A stretch of DNA of 64,000 nt, from contig JAZNVL010000031.1 of assembly GCA_045592785.1 (NCBI GenBank), positions 1,147 through 65,146 of the forward strand, written 5' to 3'. The notes under the pieces were generated by a model. That model searched no databases. It was given only the letters and a program-made list of their open reading frames with translations, and was not told the DNA's origin. Of this stretch, positions 28,262 through 37,650 are shown piece by piece. Both the position numbers and the translations under genes were made by a program. The stretch is from Victivallales bacterium (GTDB lineage: Bacteria; Verrucomicrobiota; Lentisphaeria; Victivallales; UBA1829). Every line of letters starts with the position of its first letter. The first letter of the stretch is position 1.

Positions 28262-28708
28262 ATGATCAAACGACGCAAAAGACCGGCACTGACCGATATC
28301 GAAGTGGGTTCCTTCTCCGATATTGCGTTCCTGCTGATCATCTTCTTCATCCTTACCACGCAGATTGTCCGGCTTGTGGGCAAGACCGTGGAAATCCCTT
28401 CCGGTTCCGAATCGAAACAGGAAGAAAAGAAGGAGGACAAGAAGCAGTTAATGGTCCACATGACAGGCGCGAACAAGATTACCATCAATGATGAAACGGC
28501 GAATTTGACTCTGGATGATTTGAAAAACCGTCTGATCGCGGAAGATTTCGAATCCAAAACCAAACCGGAAGAAAAATTCGTGATCCTGGATGCCCAGCCC
28601 GACGTCCCCTACGAAGTCTATTACAAAGTCGTAATGATGATCGATGAATGCGGCGGGAAACTGGCGATCCTGGAACCGGAAGATAACAAGAAGAAAGGAG
28701 GCAGCTGA
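28262..28708 (+). CDS. ExbD/TolR-family protein
   Basis: 148 aa. FSDIAFLLIIFFILTT TM motif and a periplasmic domain. Confidence 0.85.
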   Translation: MIKRRKRPALTDIEVGSFSDIAFLLIIFFILTTQIVRLVGKTVEIPSGSESKQEEKKEDKKQLMVHMTGANKITINDETANLTLDDLKNRLIAEDFESKTKPEEKFVILDAQPDVPYEVYYKVVMMIDECGGKLAILEPEDNKKKGGS

Positions 28709-29130
28709 TGGCGTTGAGAAATAAAAAGCGCAGCGGCGGTCCTCTGCCGGTACCCACTACATCCATGGGTGATATCGCGTTCCTGCTGATCATCTTTTTC
28801 ATGCTGACCAGTAAGTTCATGCAGGAATCTCATGTGGAATATCAGAACGCAAAATCTCCGGACGTGGAGTCTATCGAAGACTTTCCCATTTCTGTCATCC
28901 TGGATTCCAAGGGTGAGATCTGGCTGCAGGGACAACCCTGCGGGTCTGCGGAGACCATGCGTATGGGTGTGGAAGTTCTCCGTGGCGACAGCAAGGATAC
29001 GAAAGTATTGTTGAAGATCCACAATGGAGCAACGCAGCAGCAATATGGTCCGGTGATCCAGAATCTGGCGCAGGCCGGAGTCAAGATCGCCTTCGTGGGC
29101 GAACGTTCGTCGGACTATTCAATCGAGTAA
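28708..29130 (+). CDS. ExbD/TolR-family protein (second paralog)
   Basis: 140 aa. TSMGDIAFLLIIFFMLTS motif. Its start codon overlaps the preceding stop (TGATG). Confidence 0.85.
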   Translation: MALRNKKRSGGPLPVPTTSMGDIAFLLIIFFMLTSKFMQESHVEYQNAKSPDVESIEDFPISVILDSKGEIWLQGQPCGSAETMRMGVEVLRGDSKDTKVLLKIHNGATQQQYGPVIQNLAQAGVKIAFVGERSSDYSIE

Positions 29131-29155
29131 CATATATAAACAGGAGTATATAATC

Positions 29156-29563
29156 ATGTCGGAAGAAAAAATCAATCCCAACGATCTCGTTGCCGTGATC
29201 GCAAAGCCCCGTCTTACGGTGAGCCTTATAATTTCATTTGTTGTCCACGTTGTCCTGCTGATCCTTTGTTCCATCGGATTCCTGCAGCTTTGTTTCCAGT
29301 ATAAGACCGTTCATCCGAAGGAAGCGATCAAACTGGAACAGAAACTTGCCAAAGAAGAAGCGGAAAAGAAAGAAAAAGAAGAAAAACTCAAACTTGCACA
29401 GCTCCGTGCCAAGGAAGAAGCGGAAAAGAAAGCGGCGGAAGAAAAAGCCAAACAGTCCGCTCAGCCTGCGGAACGGAAGAAAAGCAAAATCGAACAGCAG
29501 TTGGAAGAAACTCTTCCTCCCTCTTCTGCATCCGGCAGTCTTGACGGCGGTCTTTCATTGTAA
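29156..29563 (+). CDS. TonB-N-terminus-like membrane anchor with a Lys/Glu-rich coiled segment and no TonB C-terminal domain
   Basis: 135 aa. Single TM helix SLIISFVVHVVLLILCS containing S-x3-H as in the TonB SHLS motif. Then KLAKEEAEKKEKEEKLKLAQLRAKEEAEKKAAEEKAK. Only about 25 residues follow. Confidence 0.6.
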   Translation: MSEEKINPNDLVAVIAKPRLTVSLIISFVVHVVLLILCSIGFLQLCFQYKTVHPKEAIKLEQKLAKEEAEKKEKEEKLKLAQLRAKEEAEKKAAEEKAKQSAQPAERKKSKIEQQLEETLPPSSASGSLDGGLSL

Positions 29564-29585
29564 TTACAGCGGGATTTGATACACT

Positions 29586-31550
29586 ATGAATATAAGGCGT
29601 TCAAACGAAAACAAAACAGTCCGTGAAGCGGTCGCGTTCTGCATCCATTGGATCGCGTTCGCTCACGCCATGGCTGCCAAGGGTTTTCTGATCGCTTTCC
29701 GCTGGATCGGTGAAAAGCTTGCCCGGATCCCCTGGGAATTCCGGACCGCTTCCGCCGCCTTCCTTGCTGCTTTGATCCTGCTTGTCTCCTGTCTTTACGG
29801 GAATACCATCCTTCTGATGTCGGGCTGTACTGCCATTGCGGAACCGCCTGCGGAAGAAGAAGTGGAAGAAGAAGCAGAGATCGTGATCGATCCGGAAACA
29901 GAGATCGGCGAGCAGAAGCTCACGGTTTCGGAACCGGATGAATATTTTTCACCGGGTCAGATCGGTGCCTTGAAACGGTGCGATTTGGCATCTGCGGTGA
30001 CAGAGATCAAGGAAGCGCATCCCGATGGAAAGATCAAGCCGGACAAGATCATGTCCGCGTTTCAGAAACGGTATGAAGTGGAAAACTTCAACCGGGAAAA
30101 CCTGTTCTATTCCGAACATCACATTTATAAACTGCATGAAGCCGATGCGTTCCGTACGCTGAACGGGTTCCGTGCGGTCGGCTGGGTCCTGTTGGGACTC
30201 CTGCTGCTCGGTGCCGTTTTGAGTGTGGTCTCGCATTTTGTCAAGCCGCTGGGCAAGATCGCCTGGTACGCGCTTGCTGCCGGCTGTACCGGGTTCGGTA
30301 TTTACTGGCTGCTGCTGATCCTGCCCATGTTCCTTCTGCCGGAAACGCTCCTTTCCATGAACCTGAAGGATGTGGATACGGAATTCCGCAACATTGTCTG
30401 GTTTGCTTATCTCTGGTTGTGGATCCCCACACTGGCATTCTCTTTTTTTGCCTGGTTCCCGCTGTATCTTTCCCGTGTTCGCAAGGTTTACGGATTCGGA
30501 TTGCGGAAGATGGAGTTCGGCGATTTCTGGGAAAAGAATCTGAAATGTCAGGGGCAGAACTCCGGCCTTTACAAGGGCGGATACTGGGCATTCACCTATC
30601 ACTTTGCCATCCTGCTGGTGATCCCGCTCCTGGCAAAGGGCTGTTACCAGAATGACAGCTACGAGATCCCGAAAGGCGATGGCGGCGGCGTTGTGGAACA
30701 GGTGGTCCAGATCGTGAAACCCAAACCGAAGAAAGTGCGCAAATACACGTTGAATCCCAACAGTGCCATTCTTTTTGAAATTCCCAAAATGGATGACACC
30801 GTTTCCGAAGAACTGGATAAAGATACGGAAAACCTGTATCAGGCAACACAGCTTGCTTCCATGGGACCCGGCAAGAAGGGCGGCAAACCCGGCTGGCCTG
30901 ACGGGATGGAAGGCGGCAGGATCCGTTTCATCCGCTTGCAGTATCGCGGCGGTGACTGGGACCAGGATATGGGAAAAGGTGCTGACTACAACATGCTGTT
31001 GAAGATGCACGAATATGCCGGATTCAACATTGCCGACAATACGGAATCCATGGAGATTGCCCGTCTTGCCCGCTGGAAACGGGGCAAAGCGCCTCCGTTC
31101 GTGTATATTACGGGCTCCGGAAACATCCATATTAATTCCACGGAAGCCAAACAGATCCGGCGTTATCTGCTGGAAACGGGCGGTATGATCTTTGCGGATA
31201 ACGGCGGCGGTAACTTTGACCGTGCGTTCCGGAATATGCTCCGTCAGATCCTCCCGGAACTGCAGTTGATCGATATCGCCAATGACGATGTGATCTACCA
31301 GGCTCCGTTTGCGTTCCCCAACGGCGCTCCGCCGCTGTTCCATCACTCCGGCAGCCGTGCGCTGGGACTCAAGTACAATGGCCGCTGGGTGGTGTTCTAT
31401 CACCAGGGCGATATCAACGACGCCTGGAAGACCGGTGGTTCCGGAACCAGTGCGGAGGTACAGGAACGCGCCTACAAGATGGGTGCGAACGTGATCGCCT
31501 ACTCTTTCTCCCAGTATCTTGCGCTGGTACGTCAGAGTCAACTGGAATGA
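29586..31550 (+). CDS. Polytopic membrane protein with a C-terminal DUF4159-like domain
   Basis: 654 aa. Several N-terminal TM helices. The C-terminal region (about 30920-31530) reads FIRLQYRGGDWDQD...PFVYITGSGN...LLETGGMIFADNGGG...GANVIAYSFSQ, which matches my recollection of the DUF4159 pattern. Confidence 0.6.
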   Translation: MNIRRSNENKTVREAVAFCIHWIAFAHAMAAKGFLIAFRWIGEKLARIPWEFRTASAAFLAALILLVSCLYGNTILLMSGCTAIAEPPAEEEVEEEAEIVIDPETEIGEQKLTVSEPDEYFSPGQIGALKRCDLASAVTEIKEAHPDGKIKPDKIMSAFQKRYEVENFNRENLFYSEHHIYKLHEADAFRTLNGFRAVGWVLLGLLLLGAVLSVVSHFVKPLGKIAWYALAAGCTGFGIYWLLLILPMFLLPETLLSMNLKDVDTEFRNIVWFAYLWLWIPTLAFSFFAWFPLYLSRVRKVYGFGLRKMEFGDFWEKNLKCQGQNSGLYKGGYWAFTYHFAILLVIPLLAKGCYQNDSYEIPKGDGGGVVEQVVQIVKPKPKKVRKYTLNPNSAILFEIPKMDDTVSEELDKDTENLYQATQLASMGPGKKGGKPGWPDGMEGGRIRFIRLQYRGGDWDQDMGKGADYNMLLKMHEYAGFNIADNTESMEIARLARWKRGKAPPFVYITGSGNIHINSTEAKQIRRYLLETGGMIFADNGGGNFDRAFRNMLRQILPELQLIDIANDDVIYQAPFAFPNGAPPLFHHSGSRALGLKYNGRWVVFYHQGDINDAWKTGGSGTSAEVQERAYKMGANVIAYSFSQYLALVRQSQLE

Positions 31551-31592
31551 CGGATGACATCGTCATACTTCCGTCATAATTGAAACAAATTG

Positions 31593-31630
31593 AAGAACAA
31601 GGCTTTGCAAATCGTCAAAGTCTTGTTCTT
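31593..31630 (+). terminator. Stem-loop downstream of the cassette, a possible terminator
   Basis: AAGAACAAG (31593-31601) pairs with CTTGTTCTT (31622-31630), with an inner CTTTG/CAAAG pairing. The U-tract is weak. Confidence 0.35.
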
Positions 31631-31653
31631 TCAAAGTAAGGAATGGAGAATTT

Positions 31654-33015
31654 ATGTCGCGTGAAATGCTGAAATCCCGCCTGGGATTCATCCTCCTTTC
31701 CGCCGGATGTGCCATCGGACTTGGCAACATCTGGCGGTTCCCTTATGTCGTCGGTGCCAATGGCGGCGCAGCTTTTGTGATCCTCTATCTGCTCTTTCTG
31801 CTGATCCTGGGATATCCGGTGATGTTGATGGAACTGGCAGTGGGCAGGGCTGCCCGGCGTTCGCTTTTCGGCGCATACCGTGACCTGCCGAAGGGATCCC
31901 GTTTCCGCTGGCATATTCCCGGCGGCGTGATCTTTGCCGGGTCCGCGATCCTGATGATCTATTACACCACTGTGACGGGCTGGCTGCTGGCGTATACCTG
32001 GCGTTACACGACGGGCGCATTTGCCGAGGTCTCTTCTGCCAATGCGGGCAAGGCGTTTGAAGGGTTCATTTCTTCTGCACCTGCGAGCGTGCCGCCGATG
32101 CTGATCGGTGTGATCCTGGCGACGGTAGTCTGTTTCATCGGGCTCCGCAACGGCGTGGAACGTGTGACGAAGATCCTGATGGGTGGATTGTTTGCCCTGC
32201 TTCTTCTGTTGAGTATCCGCAGTTTGTTCATGCCGGGCGTGAAGGAAGGACTTTACTTCTATCTCTACCCGAACTTTTCCTCGCTGACTCTTTCGGCGAT
32301 CCCCGCGGCGATGGGGCAGGCGTTCTTCACGTTGAGTATCGGGATCGGATCCATTGCGATCTTCGGCAGTTATACGGGCCGGGAGAGTTCTCTGCCGGGC
32401 GCGGGACTGCACATTATTCTTCTGGACACACTGGTGGCATTGCTGGCGGGATTCATCATCTTCCCGGCGTGCATGAGTTATGATATTGACGTGAATGCGG
32501 GCCCCGGTTTGATCTTTGTGACCCTGCCGGCGGTATTCCATCAACTTCCGGGCGGTAGAGTCTGGGGAGCTCTTTTCTTCCTGTTTCTGAGTGTTGCCGC
32601 CATGACGACAGTGATCGCTGTATTTGAGAACCTGATCGCATTCCTGGTGGACGAACTTCATTTGAGCCGGAAACGTGCGTCTCTGCTCAACGGACTTGTG
32701 ATCGCCATCGGGTCTCTGCCCTGTGCTTTCGGATTCAATCTGCTGAAACACATTCAGCCATTGGGGAAGGGCAGCACGATCCTGGACTTTGAGGACTATC
32801 TTGTCAGTGACCTGCTTCTGCCTTTGGGCGGTTTGTATCTGGTGATCTTCTGTTGTTACAAAGTGGGCTGGGGCTGGAAGAATTTCATGGAGGAAGTCAA
32901 TACGGGTCACGGTTTGAAGTTCCCGTCATGGGCTTATCACTATTGCAAATGGATCGTTCCGCTTCTGATCCTGTTCCTTTTCGTGCTGTCCATCTGGCAG
33001 CGTTGGTTCAAGTGA
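31654..33015 (+). CDS. Sodium-dependent transporter, neurotransmitter:sodium symporter (NSS/SNF) family
   Basis: 453 aa. SAGCAIGLGNIWRFPYVVGANGGAAFV is the NSS signature. Polytopic. Confidence 0.9.
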   Translation: MSREMLKSRLGFILLSAGCAIGLGNIWRFPYVVGANGGAAFVILYLLFLLILGYPVMLMELAVGRAARRSLFGAYRDLPKGSRFRWHIPGGVIFAGSAILMIYYTTVTGWLLAYTWRYTTGAFAEVSSANAGKAFEGFISSAPASVPPMLIGVILATVVCFIGLRNGVERVTKILMGGLFALLLLLSIRSLFMPGVKEGLYFYLYPNFSSLTLSAIPAAMGQAFFTLSIGIGSIAIFGSYTGRESSLPGAGLHIILLDTLVALLAGFIIFPACMSYDIDVNAGPGLIFVTLPAVFHQLPGGRVWGALFFLFLSVAAMTTVIAVFENLIAFLVDELHLSRKRASLLNGLVIAIGSLPCAFGFNLLKHIQPLGKGSTILDFEDYLVSDLLLPLGGLYLVIFCCYKVGWGWKNFMEEVNTGHGLKFPSWAYHYCKWIVPLLILFLFVLSIWQRWFK

Positions 33016-33025
33016 GGCGCAGAAT

Positions 33026-36000
33026 ATGAGTTCCGGCTGGGCGGATACACTGTTCTCCTGTCATTTGCGTATTTCGCCGAAAGGGATCGGCCCGGCAGAT
33101 GAACTTTCCATTCCCCCGCTTCTGCTTGCCATGACCGGGGAACGCCGTCCGCTTCTGGTTCTTTTCCCTACATTGGCGGCGGCGGAAAATGCGCTTTCTT
33201 CTTTCCGTCGGTGGATGACTGCCGCCGGACGTTCCTGCCGGGTTCTTCTTCTTCCTGACGGGACCCGTGAATTGCGTTCCGCCTCCGGTACGGATTGTGC
33301 CCGTGCGCAGGCATTGCATCAACTTCTTCAGGAGCCGCCGGACATTCTGTTTGCGGCGGTCCCTGCGGTGCTGAATCCGGTTCCCTCGGTCCGGGAGATG
33401 AAGAAACGTTCGTTCACGGTCCGGAAGGGCATGACACTCTCTCTGATGGAATTGGCGCGGCAGTTGACGGAATTGGATTATGACGATGAACTGGAAGTGA
33501 CGGTCCCCGGCGAATTCAGCAAGCGCGGGGGACTTCTGGATGTATTTTCGCCCTCCGGCAGACAGCCTGCGCGTATTGAATTTTTCGGCGATGAGATCGA
33601 ATCGATCCGTCTGTTCTCCCCGGAATCCCAGCGCAGTACCGGGGAAGTGGAGGAATACGAGATCATTCTCCGGTCCGGCAGCGGCAGTGAACTGTTGGAG
33701 CAGGGGGAGATCCAGGATTATTTCAAGGGGTGGGATCCGTTGCTGGTTCCTGTGTTCCCGGACACGCTCCGGGTGCAGGTGGAACGGTTCTCTCCGGATG
33801 CCCTCACCCGCTGGGAATCATTCCCCGTCGCTTTCGGGAAGAATGTGTGTCCGCTCTACGATGAGCCGGGTACGGCATTGCATCCGGAAGCGCAGACACC
33901 GCCGTTTTTTGCCATGCACGGACAGCTGATGAAGGCATTGCCCAAGGGGGGCGAGAAAGCGTTTTCCGATCTGGGACGTCAATGGATGCAATCTACGGCG
34001 CACCGGCTGGTGACGAAGGAAAAGTATCAATGTGTTCTGTGCTGCCGTTCTGCGGCGGATGAAGGACATTTCCGGCAATGGTTGAGTGAAGCCAAACTGG
34101 ATACGGCATCCACGGTTTCCGTGGAAGAAAACAATCTTCCCGGCGGATTATTCGCCCCCAAACAGAAGATCATTCTCCTGACGGAACAGGAGATCTTTGT
34201 TTCGCCCGTGCGGAGCCGTTCCGGCGGGACCGATGAGGATGCGGAAGAAGCAGTCGGCGCGGCGGACAGTGCCGCCGATTTGAATGAAGGGGATCATGCG
34301 GTACATCTGGATCACGGGGTTTGTATATTCCGCGGTCTTGAACTTGTGACTTCCGGGGGATCCAAGGCGGAAATGATCACGCTGGAATTTGCCGATGAAA
34401 CCATTCTGCATGTCCCGTTGTGGCAGGCGCATTTGCTGACCCGTTATGTCGGCGCAGGGAAAAAGGGTGTGAATTTGAGCAGTATCCATACCTCCCGGTG
34501 GGGCAAGACACGCGCCGCCGCGGCTTTATCCGTGCGGAATCTGGCGTATGATATGCTCCGGATGCAGGCGATGCGGAACAGTATCCAGGCGGATTCGTTC
34601 CCCCCGGATACTCTGGATCAGAGACTTTTCGAACAGGCGTTCCCGTTCCGTGAGACCGCAGACCAGATCCGGTCCGCCGAGGAGATCAAACGGGATATGG
34701 AATCGGCAAAGCCCATGGACCGTTTGCTGTGCGGGGATGTGGGATACGGCAAAACCGAATTGGCGATGCGTGCGGCATTCAAATGTGTCATGGCGGGGAA
34801 ACAGGTGGCAGTTCTGGTGCCGACTACCGTATTGGCGCAACAGCATTATTACAGTTTCATGGAGCGGTTTGCCGGATTCCCCGTGATGATCGAACAGCTC
34901 AGCCGGTTCCGTACGAAGGGAGAACAGGCAAAGATCATTCAGCGGATGAAAGAGGGTACGCTTGATATCGTGATCGGAACACACCGTCTGGTGCAGGATG
35001 ATATTTCATTCAAAAACCTGGGACTCATCATCATCGACGAAGAACAGCGGTTCGGCGTTCTTCACAAAGAACGGTTGAAACGGCTCCGCGCGGAAACCGA
35101 TGTGCTGACCATGACCGCTACGCCCATTCCCCGGACACTGTATCTCTCTATGGCGGGAATGAGGGATATGAGTACCATCCTCACGGCTCCGGTCCGCCGT
35201 TTGCCCGTCCAGACCGTGATCGTTCCGGATGATCCGGCGGTGGTCCGCAATGCCATTGCCCGCGAACTGGAACGCGGCGGACAGGTTTATTATCTGTTCA
35301 ACCGTGTGAAAGGGATCGATGAAGCAGCTGGGAAGCTCAAAGAGATGTTTCCCCGCGCCCGGATCGGGATCGGACACGGTCAGATGCCGGAGGAACAGCT
35401 GGAAAACGTGATGAGTGATTTCATAGAGAACAAGCTCGATATTCTGGTGTGTACCACCATCATTGAATCGGGTCTGGATATCCCCAATGCCAATACCATT
35501 GTGATCGATCGTGCGGACCGGTTCGGGCTGGCGGAACTTTATCAGCTCCGCGGGCGTGTGGGCCGCTGGACACGACAGGCGTATGCCTATCTGCTGCTGC
35601 CCCGTTCGGGGATCCTCACAGGGGATGCCCGGGAACGGATCGCCGCCATGCGCCGTTATACGCATCTGGGTGCCGGGTTCAAACTTGCCATGAGTGACTT
35701 GCAGTTGCGTGGAGCGGGGAGTATTCTGGGATCGGAACAGAGTGGTCAGATCAACGCCATCGGGTTTCATCTGTATTGCGAACTCCTGCGGGATTGTATT
35801 GCCAATTTGAATCAGCAGGAGAAAGAACTCCGTGTGGTGCGGAAATCCGCGGATCTCCGGCTGGATTTCCTGGAATTCGCCTACGCTCCCTCAAAAAATA
35901 AACTGGGCGCCGGATTCCCACCGGATTATATCGAATCGCCCGCCATGCGGTTCCGGGTATGCAGAAAACTTTCGCTCTGCGCCAATGAGCAGGAAGTGGA

Positions 36001-36262
36001 ACAGTACCGGGAAGAACTGCGTGACCGGTTCGGTACGCTGCCCGCCTCTGCGGAACATTATATTTCCGTGGTGAAACTCCGTCTTCTGGGCGCGGAAAAG
36101 AAGATCGACACCATCTCAGTGTACGAGGGGAAAGCCATTCTGGAACGGGGACACAGTATTCTGAAACCGGGCGGGATCGTCCCCAGGATCCCGGATGAAC
36201 TTACGCCGGAAGAAAAACTCTCCCGGCTTTTTGCGGTGATCAACGCGTTGCCGGGAGAGTGA
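33026..36262 (+). CDS. mfd: Transcription-repair coupling factor
   Basis: 1078 aa. [14 protein letters not shown], helicase motifs GDVGYGKTE and [16 protein letters not shown], and a TRG-like C-terminal region. Confidence 0.9.
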   Translation: MSSGWADTLFSCHLRISPKGIGPADELSIPPLLLAMTGERRPLLVLFPTLAAAENALSSFRRWMTAAGRSCRVLLLPDGTRELRSASGTDCARAQALHQLLQEPPDILFAAVPAVLNPVPSVREMKKRSFTVRKGMTLSLMELARQLTELDYDDELEVTVPGEFSKRGGLLDVFSPSGRQPARIEFFGDEIESIRLFSPESQRSTGEVEEYEIILRSGSGSELLEQGEIQDYFKGWDPLLVPVFPDTLRVQVERFSPDALTRWESFPVAFGKNVCPLYDEPGTALHPEAQTPPFFAMHGQLMKALPKGGEKAFSDLGRQWMQSTAHRLVTKEKYQCVLCCRSAADEGHFRQWLSEAKLDTASTVSVEENNLPGGLFAPKQKIILLTEQEIFVSPVRSRSGGTDEDAEEAVGAADSAADLNEGDHAVHLDHGVCIFRGLELVTSGGSKAEMITLEFADETILHVPLWQAHLLTRYVGAGKKGVNLSSIHTSRWGKTRAAAALSVRNLAYDMLRMQAMRNSIQADSFPPDTLDQRLFEQAFPFRETADQIRSAEEIKRDMESAKPMDRLLCGDVGYGKTELAMRAAFKCVMAGKQVAVLVPTTVLAQQHYYSFMERFAGFPVMIEQLSRFRTKGEQAKIIQRMKEGTLDIVIGTHRLVQDDISFKNLGLIIIDEEQRFGVLHKERLKRLRAETDVLTMTATPIPRTLYLSMAGMRDMSTILTAPVRRLPVQTVIVPDDPAVVRNAIARELERGGQVYYLFNRVKGIDEAAGKLKEMFPRARIGIGHGQMPEEQLENVMSDFIENKLDILVCTTIIESGLDIPNANTIVIDRADRFGLAELYQLRGRVGRWTRQAYAYLLLPRSGILTGDARERIAAMRRYTHLGAGFKLAMSDLQLRGAGSILGSEQSGQINAIGFHLYCELLRDCIANLNQQEKELRVVRKSADLRLDFLEFAYAPSKNKLGAGFPPDYIESPAMRFRVCRKLSLCANEQEVEQYREELRDRFGTLPASAEHYISVVKLRLLGAEKKIDTISVYEGKAILERGHSILKPGGIVPRIPDELTPEEKLSRLFAVINALPGE

Positions 36263-36277
36263 TCGGACAAACCGGAC

Positions 36278-36643
36278 TCAGTGATGATGTCCGTGTCCGT
36301 GATGATCGTGATCGCAGACGTTTTCGCCGCAGACCAGGGTATCGTCCAGATAGGCTTTCACCAGATTTTCAACGGTATCCGGGGAAACACCGGCAACGAC
36401 TTTCACATTGAGAGATGCCAGGATCTGCTGTGCCATGGCACCCATTCCACCGACGATGGCGACATTTGCACCCTGTTCCGCGATCCAGCGGGGGATCACG
36501 CCGGGAGCGTGGGGCGGCGGGGTGAGCATTTCGATTTTCTGAATGGATTTTTCTGCTTCATCGACATGGACGAAAGCGAATTCTTCACAGTGTCCGAAGT
36601 GCATACAGAGGGCACCTTCTGCCATAGGGATTGCGATTTTCAT
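36278..36643 (-). CDS. NifX/NifB-like (dinitrogenase FeMo-cofactor-binding fold) small protein with a Cys/His-rich tail
   Basis: 121 aa. MKIAIPMAEG..CMHFGHCEEFAF pattern. The C-terminus is CGENVCDHDHHGHGHHH. Confidence 0.65.
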   Translation of the reverse strand: MKIAIPMAEGALCMHFGHCEEFAFVHVDEAEKSIQKIEMLTPPPHAPGVIPRWIAEQGANVAIVGGMGAMAQQILASLNVKVVAGVSPDTVENLVKAYLDDTLVCGENVCDHDHHGHGHHH

Positions 36644-36657
36644 TGTTTGTTACTCCT

Positions 36658-37641
36658 TCATTTAGTACAATTAACAAGACCGCCCCAGATGGCGAGACAC
36701 CATCCGGCAGCGAGAATGAACCATAAAATAATGCCGTGGATCACCGGTTTTATGCCCAGTTCTTTGAGTTTTTCTCTGGAAAGATTGGAGCCGATGAGGA
36801 ACAGGGTCGTGATCATCAGATATTTGGAAATGTCTTTCACGAATTTTCCACATTCCTGAGTGGCGGGAAGCCACGTCACGATGGCTGCCGCAATCAGAAA
36901 TCCCGGAATGAACCAGGGCACTTTCAGTTTGACTTTCCGTTTTTCGCCCGGTTCCACCGCAGCTGCAAAACAGGAGAGAAAGAGTGTCACCGGTACGATC
37001 CAGAGTGCCCGTGCCAGTTTCACCGTGGTCCCGACTTCCAGCGCAGTTTCGCCGTATTGGAGCCCTGCGCCCACCACGGAACTGGTGTCATGGATCCCCA
37101 ACGCTGCCCAGTAACCGAACTGTTCCTGGGAGAACCCCAGTGCGTGTCCGATGACCGGGAAGATCAGCAATGCCACCGCGTTCAGTGCAAAAACGGTGGC
37201 GGAAGCGATGGCGATATCATGGGGTTTCGCTTTCAGTACGGGCGCAGCCGCCGCAATGGCACTGCCGCCGCAAATACTGGTCCCCACACTCAAAAGATAC
37301 ATACAGTCCCTGGTCAATCCCAGTTTCTTCCCGATCAATACGCCCAATCCGATCCCCGCAGAGATCCCGATGACGGTATACACGATCCCGTTGGCACCGG
37401 CGCGCAGGACTTCAATAAGATTCATCCCGCAGCCCATCCCGACGATGGTGGCACCCAGCAGTTGCGAGGTGATCTTCCCCGTGAATTCACGGAAGGGATT
37501 GCCCCAGCAGACAGAGAAAAGGATCCCGGCGACGACAGCCAGTCCGGGAGCCCAGTCCCGCGCTTCTTTCCAGAACCAGGGGACCGCGAAAAATGCGGCG
37601 GCAACAAGGATGAACGTGATTTTCCGGACGATGATCTTCAT
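36658..37641 (-). CDS. YeiH/UPF0324-family (putative sulfate exporter family) membrane transporter
   Basis: 327 aa, polytopic. GTSICGGSAIAAAAPV...GYWAALGIHDTSSVVGA matches the YeiH-family signature. Confidence 0.7.
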   Translation of the reverse strand: MKIIVRKITFILVAAAFFAVPWFWKEARDWAPGLAVVAGILFSVCWGNPFREFTGKITSQLLGATIVGMGCGMNLIEVLRAGANGIVYTVIGISAGIGLGVLIGKKLGLTRDCMYLLSVGTSICGGSAIAAAAPVLKAKPHDIAIASATVFALNAVALLIFPVIGHALGFSQEQFGYWAALGIHDTSSVVGAGLQYGETALEVGTTVKLARALWIVPVTLFLSCFAAAVEPGEKRKVKLKVPWFIPGFLIAAAIVTWLPATQECGKFVKDISKYLMITTLFLIGSNLSREKLKELGIKPVIHGIILWFILAAGWCLAIWGGLVNCTK

Positions 37642-37650
37642 GATCTTGTG

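Noticed and set aside
27599-29130. MotA-like channel genes as part of a Zorya-type anti-phage system
   Set aside because: - The partners are ExbD/TolR-type, not MotB/ZorB with peptidoglycan-binding domains.
- No ZorC/ZorD-like nuclease or helicase genes follow.
- The neighbours are secreted TPR proteins, which fits an envelope machine rather than a defence system.
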